Positions 49,948 through 61,837 of a DNA stretch of 64,000 nucleotides are shown one piece after another. The position numbers and the translations under genes are program-made. The DNA is from an uncultured Methanosarcinaceae archaeon (lineage in GTDB: Archaea; Halobacteriota; Methanosarcinia; Methanosarcinales; Methanosarcinaceae): the NCBI GenBank assembly GCA_963733675.1, contig CAVTET010000012.1:282155-346154 (forward strand). The letters are read 5' to 3'. The first letter of the stretch is position 1. Each line of letters starts with the position of its first letter. The notes under the pieces were generated by a model that saw only the letters and a program-made list of their open reading frames with translations, was not told where the DNA came from and ran no database searches.

Positions 49948-50301
49948 ATGACTAAAAATAAAAGCTGTTTGCGAGAACAGGCACAAAATTCTCCAAAAAA
50001 TAAACTTGGTGGAGTCCATACAACTATTGTCGACGGAAGAGCTGGGAAAAAACTCGTAAAAATAGTGGGCCAGCACCCTGAAATAAAAAAGGTAATTCCA
50101 TCCTTAATTTCCGTAAAAGGTATCCCAGGAGGAAGTCTTACGGGAAAGATATTGCGTTCGGATGCTAGAGGTAATTTGAGATTACTGATCTCTGAAGGCA
50201 GAAGTTCCCAGAAAGTACGGATTGTAACAACAGTTGGAACCGCTGAAGAGGGAAACAGAATCATGAAAAAATTAAATGAGATTTTAAGGACTTCCCTCTA
50301 A
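49948..50301 (+). CDS. DUF2103-like small basic protein
   Basis: KLGGVHTTIVDGR, HPEIKKVIP, DARGNLRL. Confidence 0.75.
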   Translation: MTKNKSCLREQAQNSPKNKLGGVHTTIVDGRAGKKLVKIVGQHPEIKKVIPSLISVKGIPGGSLTGKILRSDARGNLRLLISEGRSSQKVRIVTTVGTAEEGNRIMKKLNEILRTSL

Positions 50302-50323
50302 GAAGCAAAGGAGAGATCGCTAA

Positions 50324-51301
50324 TTGTCGTTTATAGGAATTGATCATGGAACAACAGCTATACGTTTTGCTCTGATACAAGAAGACAGAGTTATGACCTT
50401 TGAACTTGAAAGAGCTAGAGCAGCTAATATGTCAGAAAATGAGATACTAACATCTATCGAAGATAAATTTGAAATTCAGCGCACATTTATTGACCTGGTT
50501 GCGCTGACCTACTCAATGGGAGATAATTTTTCCACAATTGTTGACGTAAAAAACTTAAAGGGAAGAGGAATCGAGAGTATAGAAGGAGCTGGGAAAAGAA
50601 TAGGGGGAGGCACAAAAGTTTTTGATGCTATCCGTAACTCGGACATTCCTGCGGTAGCAATTCCTGGCCTCCATACAAAGAGTAAAGTGGATCCTCGGAT
50701 GAAAGTTTTTTCCCACCTTACAAGCCCGGAAAAACTTGGGATTGCCTATCATATTCGATGTCTTGGATATAAGAATTTCGTGGTTTCCGATATTAGCTCA
50801 AATACTGTTACAGTTGCCGTTGCAGAAGGAAAAGTGATTGGGGCAATCGATGCCTGCATATTTGCTCCCGGGATTTATCAAGGTCCTCTTGACCTGCAAG
50901 CTATAAGGGATGTCGACAACGGGTTCCGGACGGCAAATCAAGCTTTTATTGAGGCAGGTGCTCTGAAGATGACCCCATTTAAAGATCGGGAAGAATTACT
51001 CAATGCAGCCAAACAAGGGGAAAGTTTGGCCCTTCTTGCTTTAGATACTGTCTCCCTGTTCGCAGCTATGGAAATAGCTTCAATGCAGCTCTTCCTCAAG
51101 GATTATGGAACAATCGGTGATATCTTCCTTGCAGGCTATGTGGCAGAAGTAGAATATATACAAAAGAAGATAAATGAACACCTGGGACAGAAATGCCTGT
51201 TTTTAGGGAGATGGCATGCTGCCATAGGCTGTGCTGAGATAGCAAGGGATGTTTTTGCTGGAAAGAAGGAGATTATCGGAGTAGATGTGAATTATCCGTA
51301 A
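50324..51301 (+). CDS. methanogenesis marker protein 12
   Basis: FIGIDHGTTAIRF, TYSMGD, GAGKRIGGGTKVFD, SDISSNTV, GAIDACIFAPG. Confidence 0.9.
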   Translation: MSFIGIDHGTTAIRFALIQEDRVMTFELERARAANMSENEILTSIEDKFEIQRTFIDLVALTYSMGDNFSTIVDVKNLKGRGIESIEGAGKRIGGGTKVFDAIRNSDIPAVAIPGLHTKSKVDPRMKVFSHLTSPEKLGIAYHIRCLGYKNFVVSDISSNTVTVAVAEGKVIGAIDACIFAPGIYQGPLDLQAIRDVDNGFRTANQAFIEAGALKMTPFKDREELLNAAKQGESLALLALDTVSLFAAMEIASMQLFLKDYGTIGDIFLAGYVAEVEYIQKKINEHLGQKCLFLGRWHAAIGCAEIARDVFAGKKEIIGVDVNYP

Positions 51302-52395
51302 AACCCTAGCTGAAAAACGTCGTAAACTACTATGAACTGAAATGGTAAATAAACAACAAATAAATAAGTGGATTAAATAAACAAAATAAGCATATTTTTC
51401 GCATGATACCTTCTGAATTCAGACAAGATAAATATAGAAAACTGGATATTGCATAAAAAGGATCTTAAAATATAAAATCGTTCCAAATCATACTTTGCAA
51501 GGCCGCTCTTTTTTATTAATACGACCATAATATCAAATATTTGCAATATGTAAGAGGTAGTTATTGAAATTGCAGCATGATCAAATGGAGTCAATGATTA
51601 TTTGCGACATTACTAAAATAGTAGCTTAAAGAATTGCAAAATGTGCCTATTTTTCTGTAAAATCGTAAACTTCGACAAGTCATGAGAAAGGATATCAAAC
51701 CTCAGAAGAATATAATCACATAAAGTCTTCAAGAATCTAACCTTGAATTAAAATCAAATTCTCAAATATAATCCCACAAAATTATAAACTATTTTAGTGA
51801 AGGATATGCATTATTTTAACTTTAAAATTTCAAACATTAATTATAGAGGCAATTACAAAAAATGTAATCATTTTTGTATATCGAAGTTTTTTTTCTTGAG
51901 TACCATTGAGGAAAATTGGAAACGAATACAAGTAGTCATCCGGAATACGGCAGATCGAAAATATTGCTTTTCAGAGAAACTTTTATATAATCAAAAATAC
52001 CTTTTAGGTATCGTTAAGAAATAAAGAGACGTATAACTGTTATTGAAAACTCATTTTTTATAAATCATTACACTTAGTTATGTGCATATAACCGGTATAC
52101 AAATGACTCATAAAACTAATAGAATTATCGAAATACTCTCTATTACTTTGTTTAGATTAACACTCGATTATTTTTCACTTTTTGTTTCTTCTCATCTTTG
52201 CTTTTGGTCTTTAATTCTGCATTTGATCCATCAATCTAAACAAAATAATTGAAAATACTCAAATAATATCAAATGTATTTGATTGTATAAGTAGAAATAG
52301 AAATTATAATAAAAAACAATCGCAGTGAGAATGAGAGATTAGAAAAGTCCATCAAATCTCAAATCTATTGAAAAAAAAGCAACGGATGACTTAAT

Positions 52396-52743
52396 TTGGC
52401 TAATTATAGAAGCACCATTAGGAAAAGAAAAGCAGGATCCAATCCAGTAAGCTCAGAAGATGTCACCGAAGTAACAAGGGTACGAACCCCCCGTAAGGAC
52501 AAAAATGAGGTATTGGCAACTGTAGCAAGTTTACTTGGATCAAAAAGAGTAACACTGCAATGTATGGACGGTGTAGTCCGAATGGGAAGGATTCCAGGTT
52601 CCAAGCATAAAAAAATGTGGGTTCGTGAAGGGGATATTGTCATAGCAAACCCTTGGGAAATTCAAGACTCAAAAGCCGACATTACATGGAAATATACAAG
52701 ACCACAGGTTGAGTGGCTTGAAAGAAAAGGATACCTTAATTAA
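52396..52743 (+). CDS. eif1a: translation initiation factor aIF-1A
   Basis: [40 protein letters not shown]. Confidence 0.95.
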   Translation: MANYRSTIRKRKAGSNPVSSEDVTEVTRVRTPRKDKNEVLATVASLLGSKRVTLQCMDGVVRMGRIPGSKHKKMWVREGDIVIANPWEIQDSKADITWKYTRPQVEWLERKGYLN

Positions 52744-53459
52744 GATTTGCATTGTCAAATTAACGAAATTTTGCGTGTATCGCAACTCATTCTCACTATA
52801 GAATAGACCATTTTGATAATTTTAATCTAATAGTTTTTATTTTATTCCCTCCAATTCTTCTTAGCTTAACAATTTCATTGGTTCACTGTATGATTTTTTT
52901 TACCCGTATTATTATATTAGATTTACCATTAAACAGAATACGAATCCAGTTTTTAATTAGCAAATCAGTATGAACATCTCAATCTGTTTACTCGTGACCT
53001 TAGCATCAGCTAACCATACTACTTCAATATTTTCACAATTTTCCAAGTATCAATTAAATATATATCCCATACTCTATATAGAAGTATAGTGGCTCTTTGC
53101 CTAGTGAAAGCGTGGCGTAGATAATTTCAAGAAACTCTTTTCGCAAATTAGAAAGACTTGCATTTACCAAAACTCTATCAGGAATAATTACACATGCTTT
53201 TTCGCCATTTTTTTCAAAGTTTGCAATGGCCTCGTGTAGGTCTTTCAGGTCACCTATATGAGAACTCGAATCAACAAAGATATATGATGAAAAAGATTTG
53301 GACAGGATTCACGCAAAGAAAAAAATGTAGGTAAATCGGAATCCTCTAAAGTATATAACCAAAATTACATAAGGCTAAAAATCATTTAACGTTGAAATCG
53401 CTTAAGTGTCAAAGTAACCTTGGATTACCTAATTTTTGAATCAATTAATGGTGATTGCT

Positions 53460-54806
53460 ATGACGATTCATCCTATAGATTATCGGTATGGTACTGTGGA
53501 AATGAAACATGTATGGAGTCAGGAAAACAGACTTGACAAGCTCCTGAATATCGAGGCAGCCCTTGCCCTGGCTGAAGCGGATATGGGGCTTATCCCCGCC
53601 GATGCAGCTGAAATCATATCTGAGAGCATTAATTCCGTAAAAGCAGAGAGAGTTGAGGAAATCGAAGGCGAAATACACCATGATATGATGGCTGTGGTTG
53701 TTGCTATTTCTGAAAAGTGTCGAGATGATGCCGGTAAATGGGTACATTTTGGCGCTACTTCAAATGATATTCTAGATACGGCAACAGCTCTACAGATAAG
53801 AGATGCAATCGAGATTTTCGAAGATAAGCTTAAAGTCCTATTAAGAAATTTAGTCAATCTGGCTGAAACCCATAAATATACTGTCTGCTGTGGTAGAACT
53901 CATGGGCAGATCGGAATTCCTACAACCTATGGGCTCCGTTTTGCGATCTGGGCGTCAGAGATTTCAAGGCATCTGGATCGACTGAATCAACTTGCTCCAA
54001 GAGTGATTGTAGGCAAAATGACTGGAGCTGTAGGGACACAAGCTGCATTTGGGAAATCTGGAATTCTTGTTCAAAAACTCACTATGCAACACCTTGGAAT
54101 CGGAGCTGTGGATGTCTCCAACCAAATAATCCAGAGGGACAGACATGCAGAATTTGTAATGTGGATGGCAAATGTGGTCACAACTCTCGATAAAATTGGT
54201 ATCGAAATAAGGACTCTTCAGCGCAGCGAGATCGCCGAACTTGAGGAGAGCTTCGAAAAAAAACAGGTAGGCTCATCCACAATGCCTCATAAACGTAATC
54301 CTATAAAGTCAGAGCAGATATGTGGACTCGCAAAGATAGTGAGAGCTATGGTCGAGCCCGAACTTCTTAATAACACCCTCTGGGACGAAAGAGACTTAAC
54401 AAACTCCTCTAGCGAAAGAGTGGTTTTCCCTGAAGCTTGTATATTGACTGACCATATCCTTAAGCTTGGGATCGATGTACTTTCAAATCTTAAATTTTAT
54501 CCTGAAAATATCTTGAAGAATCTGGAATTGCTCAAGGGCCTGAACATGGGAGAAGCTATAATGATCGAACTTGCAAAGAGGGGCTTGGGTAGGCAGGAAG
54601 CTCATGAACTTGTAAGAACTGTAGCAATGAAAGCCCATGAAACCGGACAACATTTCAAAAATGTACTCCTCGAAACTCCTGATATTTCACGATATCTAAA
54701 TAATGTGGACATCGAGAATCTATTAAATCCTGAAAGATACATCGGAACAGCTGTTGAACAGGTTGAAGCACTAGTTGTAAAACTTCGTGATGCTTATAAC
54801 CGCTGA
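53460..54806 (+). CDS. purB: adenylosuccinate lyase
   Basis: HPIDYRYG, HFGATSNDI, GRTHGQ, GSSTMPHKRNP. Confidence 0.97.
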   Translation: MTIHPIDYRYGTVEMKHVWSQENRLDKLLNIEAALALAEADMGLIPADAAEIISESINSVKAERVEEIEGEIHHDMMAVVVAISEKCRDDAGKWVHFGATSNDILDTATALQIRDAIEIFEDKLKVLLRNLVNLAETHKYTVCCGRTHGQIGIPTTYGLRFAIWASEISRHLDRLNQLAPRVIVGKMTGAVGTQAAFGKSGILVQKLTMQHLGIGAVDVSNQIIQRDRHAEFVMWMANVVTTLDKIGIEIRTLQRSEIAELEESFEKKQVGSSTMPHKRNPIKSEQICGLAKIVRAMVEPELLNNTLWDERDLTNSSSERVVFPEACILTDHILKLGIDVLSNLKFYPENILKNLELLKGLNMGEAIMIELAKRGLGRQEAHELVRTVAMKAHETGQHFKNVLLETPDISRYLNNVDIENLLNPERYIGTAVEQVEALVVKLRDAYNR

Positions 54807-55145
54807 TTATCTGTTTTTTCATATTGATACATAATAGAGCCTTTCGATAAACCTCCGAATTGTACCATATGCTCATAAATGGTGTACAAGTTATTCGTAA
54901 AACCTAGAAATCTATAGAAAGGCTCAACAATTATGGAGGATTTGGCTTAAAGGGATTTTGTAAAGAAGTAATATCTGAAAACCATCTTTTTATTTATATT
55001 TAAATGAAGGTTCCGGTGTCGCAACCTTCTGCAAGGTAGATACATACAGTGAACTGTCTGTGCCTATTTCAGAAATGGACATTTCTCTTTGTCGTAATCA
55101 ATTACTTCATTACCTTAAATAATTTTTTTGATATTATTTTGATTT

Positions 55146-55177
55146 GTAAAAATTGTTTCGGGTAAAAATTGTTTCGG
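55146..55177. repeat. perfect 16-bp tandem duplication upstream of rpl40e
   Basis: GTAAAAATTGTTTCGG x2. Confidence 0.85.
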
Positions 55178-55266
55178 AAATGAAGAGATTCAAAACTACT
55201 GTTCTGATGAAAAATGTTATATGGCTTAACATCCATTAAGCGCGCTATATACTTGACCAATAATAA

Positions 55267-55440
<174 letters not shown>

Positions 55441-55446
55441 TCTTGT

Positions 55447-56190
55447 TTGCAGGTGGAAGCACAACTTCACAGAATTATTACACAGGAAGGGAAAGTTCAT
55501 CTTACCCTCATCGACCCTGCATCCCAAACGCCTGAAAGAGCTGCAGAAATCGCCTTTGCTGCAAATGAGGGAGGCACCGATGCCATCATGATAGGTGGCT
55601 CAACAAGCTCATTTGGAATTTTGCTTGATGAAACTGTCCTAAAGATAAAGGAGAAAGTAGATCTCCCAACCATCCTTTTCCCTGGAAATTCAGCTGGGCT
55701 AAGCAAGTATGCAGATGCTGTATTTTTCATGAGTCTTTTGAACTCCAGGGATTTGGGATATGTGATCACCAACCAAGTTCTTGGAGCTCCGCTTGTACAT
55801 AAAAGTCAGATTGAGCCAATTTCCATGGCATACCTTGTGGTCGAACCAGGAGGGACTGTGGGTTGGATAGGAGACGCAAAGTTAATTCCCAGAAAGAAAC
55901 CTGAAATTGCTGCAGCCTATGCACTTGCAGGCAAATACCTGGGCATGCATTATACCTACCTTGAAGCTGGATCTGGAGTTGATAAGCCTGTCAATCCTGA
56001 TATGATAGAGGCTGTCAAGCATGTACTTGGGGAGAACAAACTTATCGTCGGTGGTGGGATACGAGATGCAAAAACTGCAAAGCTCTGTGCTTCTGCTGGT
56101 GCAGATATGATCGTTACCGGTACAATTGTTGAAGAAGTAAATGACGTCACTGCGAAAGTAGCTGAACTTGTGTCAGCAATAAAAAAATGA
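55447..56190 (+). CDS. geranylgeranylglyceryl phosphate synthase
   Basis: HLTLIDP, DAIMIGGS, FMSLLNS, YLEAGSG, VGGGIR. Confidence 0.95.
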   Translation: MQVEAQLHRIITQEGKVHLTLIDPASQTPERAAEIAFAANEGGTDAIMIGGSTSSFGILLDETVLKIKEKVDLPTILFPGNSAGLSKYADAVFFMSLLNSRDLGYVITNQVLGAPLVHKSQIEPISMAYLVVEPGGTVGWIGDAKLIPRKKPEIAAAYALAGKYLGMHYTYLEAGSGVDKPVNPDMIEAVKHVLGENKLIVGGGIRDAKTAKLCASAGADMIVTGTIVEEVNDVTAKVAELVSAIKK

Positions 56191-56479
56191 TTTTCCTGAA
56201 GGATTATTTAAGGTTGCTCTGCCTACCTTTCAGCTTAAAAAGAATAATTTTTAATTCGCTGCCCTTTTTAGGAACTTATTCTTTACAATGCTCATTTTAT
56301 TGAGCTTGGATTTTATTTAGCTCTGAGTAAATCTGAGAATTAGTCAAATCCAAAATTCAGGTTGCATCACCAAGCTATGAGACCTTTTAATATTTTTTGG
56401 TGTCCCAAAATTCACCATTAAATCTCCCTGCAATCAATTAAAAAAATCAAGAAAATCAAAGTTTATGTGGTGTGAATAG

Positions 56480-57070
56480 AGTGTACAGCGCGCAACTGAG
56501 TAGGTTCGCACTTCTGCTCTAGAAATAAAGGAATTGTTCAAAATCAAATATTTTCAGTTGCCTATTGCTTCCCTTACTCCCTGATTACCATGATTTCTAC
56601 ATCTTTTTTAATTAAATCGGAAGTTGTAACATCATCCACAGTTCCAATGCATCATCCATCATTTCACAGTTCAACATCCAGTAACTGTTTTTAAACTCAA
56701 GAGTATGCTTTAAAGATTTTTCTTTGTGTGATACTTTTCATATTCTTCCTCACTCTTGAAGGAGAATATTTTGGTTCAGCACCAACAGAAGATGTATATG
56801 ATCATCATTACAAATTACATAAAACTCAAAAAAGTACCTTTTAGCAACTCCAAGGCGTATAAATTTGAAATAATTGAATTTTGCATTTTCCAAAAGAAAC
56901 TTTTCTCGATACTACATAAAAAAACATATGAGACCTTATTTTGTAGACATGATGATTTGAATGCCGTAGTTCTATTTTCATAGTGCAAAGATAGCCTAAA
57001 ATAGAAATCAGTTACCCATAAAGATTCTCTAGGAAATTTTTATCCCCAAAACAAACTAGGGTATTCAACT
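56480..57070 (-). mobile_element. second, more decayed IS200-family relic
   Basis: Shares TTGAAGGAGAATA.TTTGGTTCAGC (GAEPKYSPS) and other blocks with the element at 25785-26400; degenerate terminal hairpin near 57040-57065. Confidence 0.75.
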
Positions 57071-57532
57071 TGGATCAATATTCAACATTACTTTTATGTG
57101 AATCTTGCAAAAGATAGATGAAATTTTACTGAGTATCTAAGCCAGTTTATTAAGTACTTAATCTTCTAATTTTTTAAACTTATGATTATTTGTAACTATT
57201 CAGCTAGGATAAAAACGTAGCAATTACCATCCTTACTGAGATTTGAGGAGCAAACTTTGATGGGCTGATCTTATTTAACTGTCGACTATTGATCATGTTT
57301 AGTATCTTTTTATGAGTTGCTTATCAGAAATACCTCTTGAATCAAAATAGATGTAAGTCAACATATTTTAGGTAAACTGAAAAGTTCCAATTATTTTCTG
57401 GTTTTTTAATGTATTGAAGCCAAAAGCCAGTTGAATTTATGGTAAGTTTTTGTAGCACCAAAAGATATTAAAAAATATCTAATTTTTAGGCATTTGAAAA
57501 AATTAAATGCTTAATCCCCCCCTCTTTTTCTT

Positions 57533-57919
57533 TCATTCTCCCAACTTCAAAGCCCCATGTGGACACATCTTAATACATAGACCGCATTGAATACACTTCT
57601 TTTCATCTACTTGTACATTCCAGCCCACATCAAAGCAATAAACATTCATAGGGCAGACCGAAATACAAGCCCCGCATTCCACACATTCTTCATCATCTCT
57701 ATGAATAGGACGATCCAGGATGGAGACTATTGCTCCCCTGGATTCCAGAGCATTTTTTATCCTATCGAACCGAAAATCATTTACGTCTGCAATCAATTCG
57801 CCATAGGTGGAATCAATATTTGCAACCATTATATTAATCGAGATTCCGGTTTCGATTATAGATTCGGAAATTATTGGGTTCTGGATTCTCTCTGTAGGAA
57901 TGCTGATTTTTATTTTCAT
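57533..57919 (-). CDS. NIL-domain 2x[4Fe-4S] ferredoxin (MA1822-like)
   Basis: NIL-like N-terminus; CVECGACISVCP and CIQCGLCIKMCP. Confidence 0.9.
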   Translation of the reverse strand: MKIKISIPTERIQNPIISESIIETGISINIMVANIDSTYGELIADVNDFRFDRIKNALESRGAIVSILDRPIHRDDEECVECGACISVCPMNVYCFDVGWNVQVDEKKCIQCGLCIKMCPHGALKLGE

Positions 57920-57921
57920 AC

Positions 57922-59424
57922 TCAGTACCTCCTTGCAAAGAGCTTACTTATATTATCACTAGTTATTATTCCGAGAACACATCTTTGCGTATCGATTACT
58001 GGCATGGCGGATACACCATAGCGATCCAGCCTGCGAGCTGCAATGTCAACTGGCTCGTTAGGAGAACAGGTCAGAACCTTTTTCGTCATAACACTTTCTA
58101 CAGAATCAAAACAATTCTCTGCAACAGCTTTGGATATATCCCAGGCAGTTAGTATACCAACCAGTTCACCAGAATCAGAGATCACAGCCAGATGATTAAA
58201 AGAATTTTCCCATATCTTCTTTGCAGCATCCTGAACTGTCTGATCTTTTTTAATAGTCACAATAAAGTCAGACATTACGTCCTTTACTAGAGGCACAGCC
58301 TGAGTCTGTTTCATGGGTTTGACCAAACCTTCACATGGCAATCTCTCAACCGGCATGGTGACAAAGAATTTTCCACGTTTCAACCAATCTTTTAGCTCAC
58401 CAGCGATTTTTCTTGCGTTCTTGAAACTGGAAAGAGAAGAAGTGGGTACATCCTTTCCATCAATTTGCACCATGCCTGACCTGAGTTCTCCATAGTTTAC
58501 CTGTCTGATGGATGGTTTATCTCGGCTACCTACAGCATAATCCAAAATTTTAGTTATGATATCCTCATCTTTTACTGCGGTTGCAGCAGCAAGTTTTTCA
58601 TTGAGAATTGGGATAGGGATTCCGATCCCCATATAAAGAGTAGTCCCATAGCCGGTAAATGAAGCAGCCCTTAAATAATCAGGATTCATCTCCTTCAAAT
58701 TTCCTTTGACCATCAGGGTACCGAAACCAGTAGACGGAGAATGCTGAGTTCCATTCCCAATAACATACCCTTGTGCTCCTCCTATGAAAATCCTTGTCCC
58801 GATACCAATAGTTTCATAATCTGGATCGTTTGCGAGGGGAGATAATACTCCTGCTCCAGAATAAGTTACATTTCCAAAATTAGGGAGAAGTTCTCCCATA
58901 TAAGTATTTAAAATCCTTTTGGAACTGTTGGTTGCAGCTGCATAATTCTGGTATGCATTCCTAGGATTTAGAAGTACTGCTTCATTTAAATCTTCAAGGG
59001 TAATCGCCGTATCGAGTAATTTTCTGGGATAGCAATCAGTTCCATACGAAGTTGCATGAACATTTATTTCTTTCCCCCTTAGGAGATCTTCAATAACATG
59101 AGCTCCACCGTACTGAATCCCCCGTGTATCCGAAATCTGAGCAGCTCCGAGGTAAACGTCAACAGCTGCAAGTCCACTATATGCTTCTACATTATTGAAC
59201 CAGACTTTCTGAATTTTGATAGGTGACTCGGAGTGACCAAGATTAAGCATTAGGCCAGATGAACACATGGCTCCGAATGTACCTGTAGTGACTACGTCGA
59301 CTTCTTTTGCAGCACCATCTACGCCAAGATCTTCAACTATTCCGACCATTTCCTCGGCTGTGACCACATTAACGTCGCCGTCTTCTATTTTACTATTAAT
59401 CTCATGAATTGATTTTCTCACCAT
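57922..59424 (-). CDS. L-aspartate semialdehyde sulfurtransferase / homocysteine biosynthesis protein (DUF39-CBS, MA1821-like)
   Basis: VDVVTTGTFGAMCSSG, YGGAHVIEDL, NPRNAYQNY, C-terminal CBS pair. Confidence 0.93.
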   Translation of the reverse strand: MVRKSIHEINSKIEDGDVNVVTAEEMVGIVEDLGVDGAAKEVDVVTTGTFGAMCSSGLMLNLGHSESPIKIQKVWFNNVEAYSGLAAVDVYLGAAQISDTRGIQYGGAHVIEDLLRGKEINVHATSYGTDCYPRKLLDTAITLEDLNEAVLLNPRNAYQNYAAATNSSKRILNTYMGELLPNFGNVTYSGAGVLSPLANDPDYETIGIGTRIFIGGAQGYVIGNGTQHSPSTGFGTLMVKGNLKEMNPDYLRAASFTGYGTTLYMGIGIPIPILNEKLAAATAVKDEDIITKILDYAVGSRDKPSIRQVNYGELRSGMVQIDGKDVPTSSLSSFKNARKIAGELKDWLKRGKFFVTMPVERLPCEGLVKPMKQTQAVPLVKDVMSDFIVTIKKDQTVQDAAKKIWENSFNHLAVISDSGELVGILTAWDISKAVAENCFDSVESVMTKKVLTCSPNEPVDIAARRLDRYGVSAMPVIDTQRCVLGIITSDNISKLFARRY

Positions 59425-59444
59425 GTGGATATACCTCCATACTA

Positions 59445-59986
59445 ATAACTGCCGTTACCGGTACTGGTTTAGCTTTCATTATTGCCACTACCGCCTATCT
59501 AAATGGGCAGGGAAGAGCTCATCACCTGCCGGACTGGCTTGCCCTTGGAGCCGCAGTTCCCGTTTGGTCCTTGATTGGCTTGATCATATACCAAGTGGCC
59601 GCCTCCGGGCTCCGGATGAGATATATCATGCACCTAGAATCGTTGCTCACAGGCTCGCTTTCCGAGGCTGAACCAAAGACGTTCCCCCGTACATTGCCCT
59701 TCACCATGGCCTCTACGAGTCAGGTGGTCCTCTACGAAACCCGGCTCACGTATCTCTCGCCATTATTACATTCCTTTCGCCGCTCGCGCTCGGAGTTCTC
59801 TTTACCTGCTTCGTAATGACCGATGTCGCGCGCGATATAGGGGCGAGGCCAGGCGTCGTGATTGGTTATAGAATTTTTTACTGCGTGGTTGCTTTCTTGA
59901 ACACATGGGTCCTGCTGGTGGCGAATTACGGAATGACCGATAAGCGTAAGAGGAAGTTGAATTCATGGGCTGACTCTAAAAATTGA
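59445..59986 (+). pseudogene. 5'-truncated four-TM membrane protein of non-host composition, one frameshift near 59705
   Basis: TAVTGTGLAFIIATTAYL...AVPVWSLIGLIIYQV, then in a shifted frame VSLAIITFLSPLALGVLFTCFVM...IFYCVVAFLNTWVLLVANY...DSKN*. Confidence 0.5.
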
Positions 59987-60136
59987 ATGAGCATAAAGGG
60001 GATTGGTGATACTGTAGTCAGCTGATGACATCCAGAGCCTTTGGGCGACATCCTCATCTGCGTGTTGACTGAACTGCGGCGGGAGTTTCCCCAGTTCAGA
60101 GACCCTGCGGGCGTGTGTGTGGCATAGTCGCCGGTC

Positions 60137-61184
60137 ATGGTTGAACGGGGGGTTCAGGCCGGTGATCTGGCTGGGCTGGTGGTGCCTTTGGCGGCCGGCT
60201 GGTAGCTACCGGGGATAGATGGGAGCCGTACCGGCTGCTCGACGGCGATGGCGTGAGCGTTGTGGCGGCTGCGGGCGTACTTCGGCCATCTTCAGGCGGC
60301 GGGCGGGCCAGAGACAACTGTCCGCTCGTATGGCATGGACTTGCTGCGCTGGTTCCGGTTCGTGTGGGCTCGGGGGTGGGATGGGACCGGGCGGGCCGTG
60401 CTGATGCTCGTGATTTCTGCCGGTGGCTGCAGGTGGCCGGGAAGCCGGTCCGGCCGCATTGGCGGGCGCGGGAGCGGCCGGGTAAGCGGGAGCGGCCGGG
60501 TAATGGGACGCCCGCGGTGGCTTCAGGCGTGGCTTATTCGCCCGCGGTGCGGGCGCATTGCGAAACGGTGCTGCGCAGCTCACGGTTTTCGCCTGGAGGC
60601 GGGCACGGGCCCGCTGGTTAACCCGTTCCCGCTGGACCGGTCGCGCGGTGGCGGGCGGGCGCATGCGCACCACAACCCGGTGGAGCCGTTCCGCAGGGAA
60701 CGCGCCGGCTTGTACCGGCCGGTGGTGGCCGCCCGGATCCCGCGCAGTGTCCCGGATGAGGAGTTCAACGAGATCTTCGCGGCGCTGCCCTCGCACCGGG
60801 ACCGTGCCCTAGTCGCGTTTTATGTCCCGGCCGGGGCGCGGGCGTCGGAGTTGCTGTCAGCAACCCGGGGCGGGACAGATCCGGGGCGGCAGCTGATCAC
60901 CGTGGTGCGAAAGGGCACCCGGGAACTGCAGCAGCTCCCGGCCTCGGCCGACGCGTTCGTGTGGCTGCGTTTGTATCAGCTGGAAATGGACGGCATGCTG
61001 CCACGGGGCAATGGGCAGCCGTTGTGGTGGACGCTGCGGCGGCCATTCCGCCCGCCGGCCTATCACGCGGCGCACCGCATGTTCGAGCGGGCCGGCGCGG
61101 CGGCGGGCACGGACGCGACGCTGCATTCGCTGCGGCACACAGCGGCCTACCGGATGGCCGAGGATCCTGCCCTGCCGCTCACGT
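60137..61184 (+). pseudogene. tyrosine recombinase of actinobacterial type, frameshifted and 3'-truncated
   Basis: TVRSYGMDLLRWFRF, RDRALVAFY...GARASELL, TLHSLRHTAAYRM; stops before the LGH/Tyr box. Confidence 0.85.
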
Positions 61185-61284
61185 CCCTCATCTTGAGCTT
61201 TCGCGTCAGCCAGGGCCGTGACCTGCGGCGACCAGTCGTGGACGGTGTTGCCGACGGGTCACTCGCGGCCTGATCCCCGCGGTT

Positions 61285-61685
61285 TTACCCGTCTAGATCG
61301 TTACCTGATCGCGTCCATGCCGGCCGTTGGTCGCCGAGTGCGCAGGCGAGCTGGCGGCGAAGACGGGCGTTGTCGTCGGCGAGTTGCTTGTTGCGGTCAA
61401 GGGCGGCGGCCAGCCTGGCCCGCAGCGATGCGTCGGTGGCCCGCTGCCCGGCGGGGATGGCGCCGCGGAGCCCGCGCCATCTGTTCTCTCGCGCAGCCGA
61501 CGGATATGACTGCTGATGTCGGGCTGGGTATAGAGCCACGATCGCGAGATTCCCGCCTCTTGAGCGACACGGGCGAACGTCACGGGCTGCCCGGCCCGGT
61601 CGAGCTCGCGCAGCGCCTGGACCGCCTTGGCCCGTGTCAGCTCATGACGCCGGGCGGCGGCCTCGGAAAGCGGGTCAGGAGACAC
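61285..61685 (-). pseudogene. DUF6262 / Tn554 TnpC-like protein, frameshifted
   Basis: AAGGAGG RBS, GTG 61685; RAKAVQALRELDRAGQPVTFARVAQEAGISRSWLY...ATDASLRARL...DNARLRRQLACALG. Confidence 0.8.
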
Positions 61686-61837
61686 CGGCGGCCGCCTCCT
61701 TCTCATCCGGCCTCTCGTCCTGGAGGGTCGCGATGATCTCGTCCAGGTTGCCAGCGACGTGCCGGTTCATCTCGGCAACGCGGGCATGGCCCGCGGTTTC
61801 GGCGGCGGTGATGATCTGCAGCGTGGCCTGCCGCCGG
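61675..61837 (-). pseudogene. C-terminal stub of a TnpB-like integrase upstream of the DUF6262 gene
   Basis: RQATLQIITAAETAGHARVAEMNRHVAGNLDEIIATL...GVS*, overlapping the DUF6262 start. Confidence 0.65.

Noticed and set aside
59409-59816. 135-aa ORF as a real gene spanning the junction
   Set aside because: Its start lies antisense within the archaeal gene and RBS; it is a chimera of two unrelated sequences.
60469-60504. 18-bp tandem repeat inside the integrase
   Set aside because: In-frame duplication in a variable linker; no evidence of a separate function.
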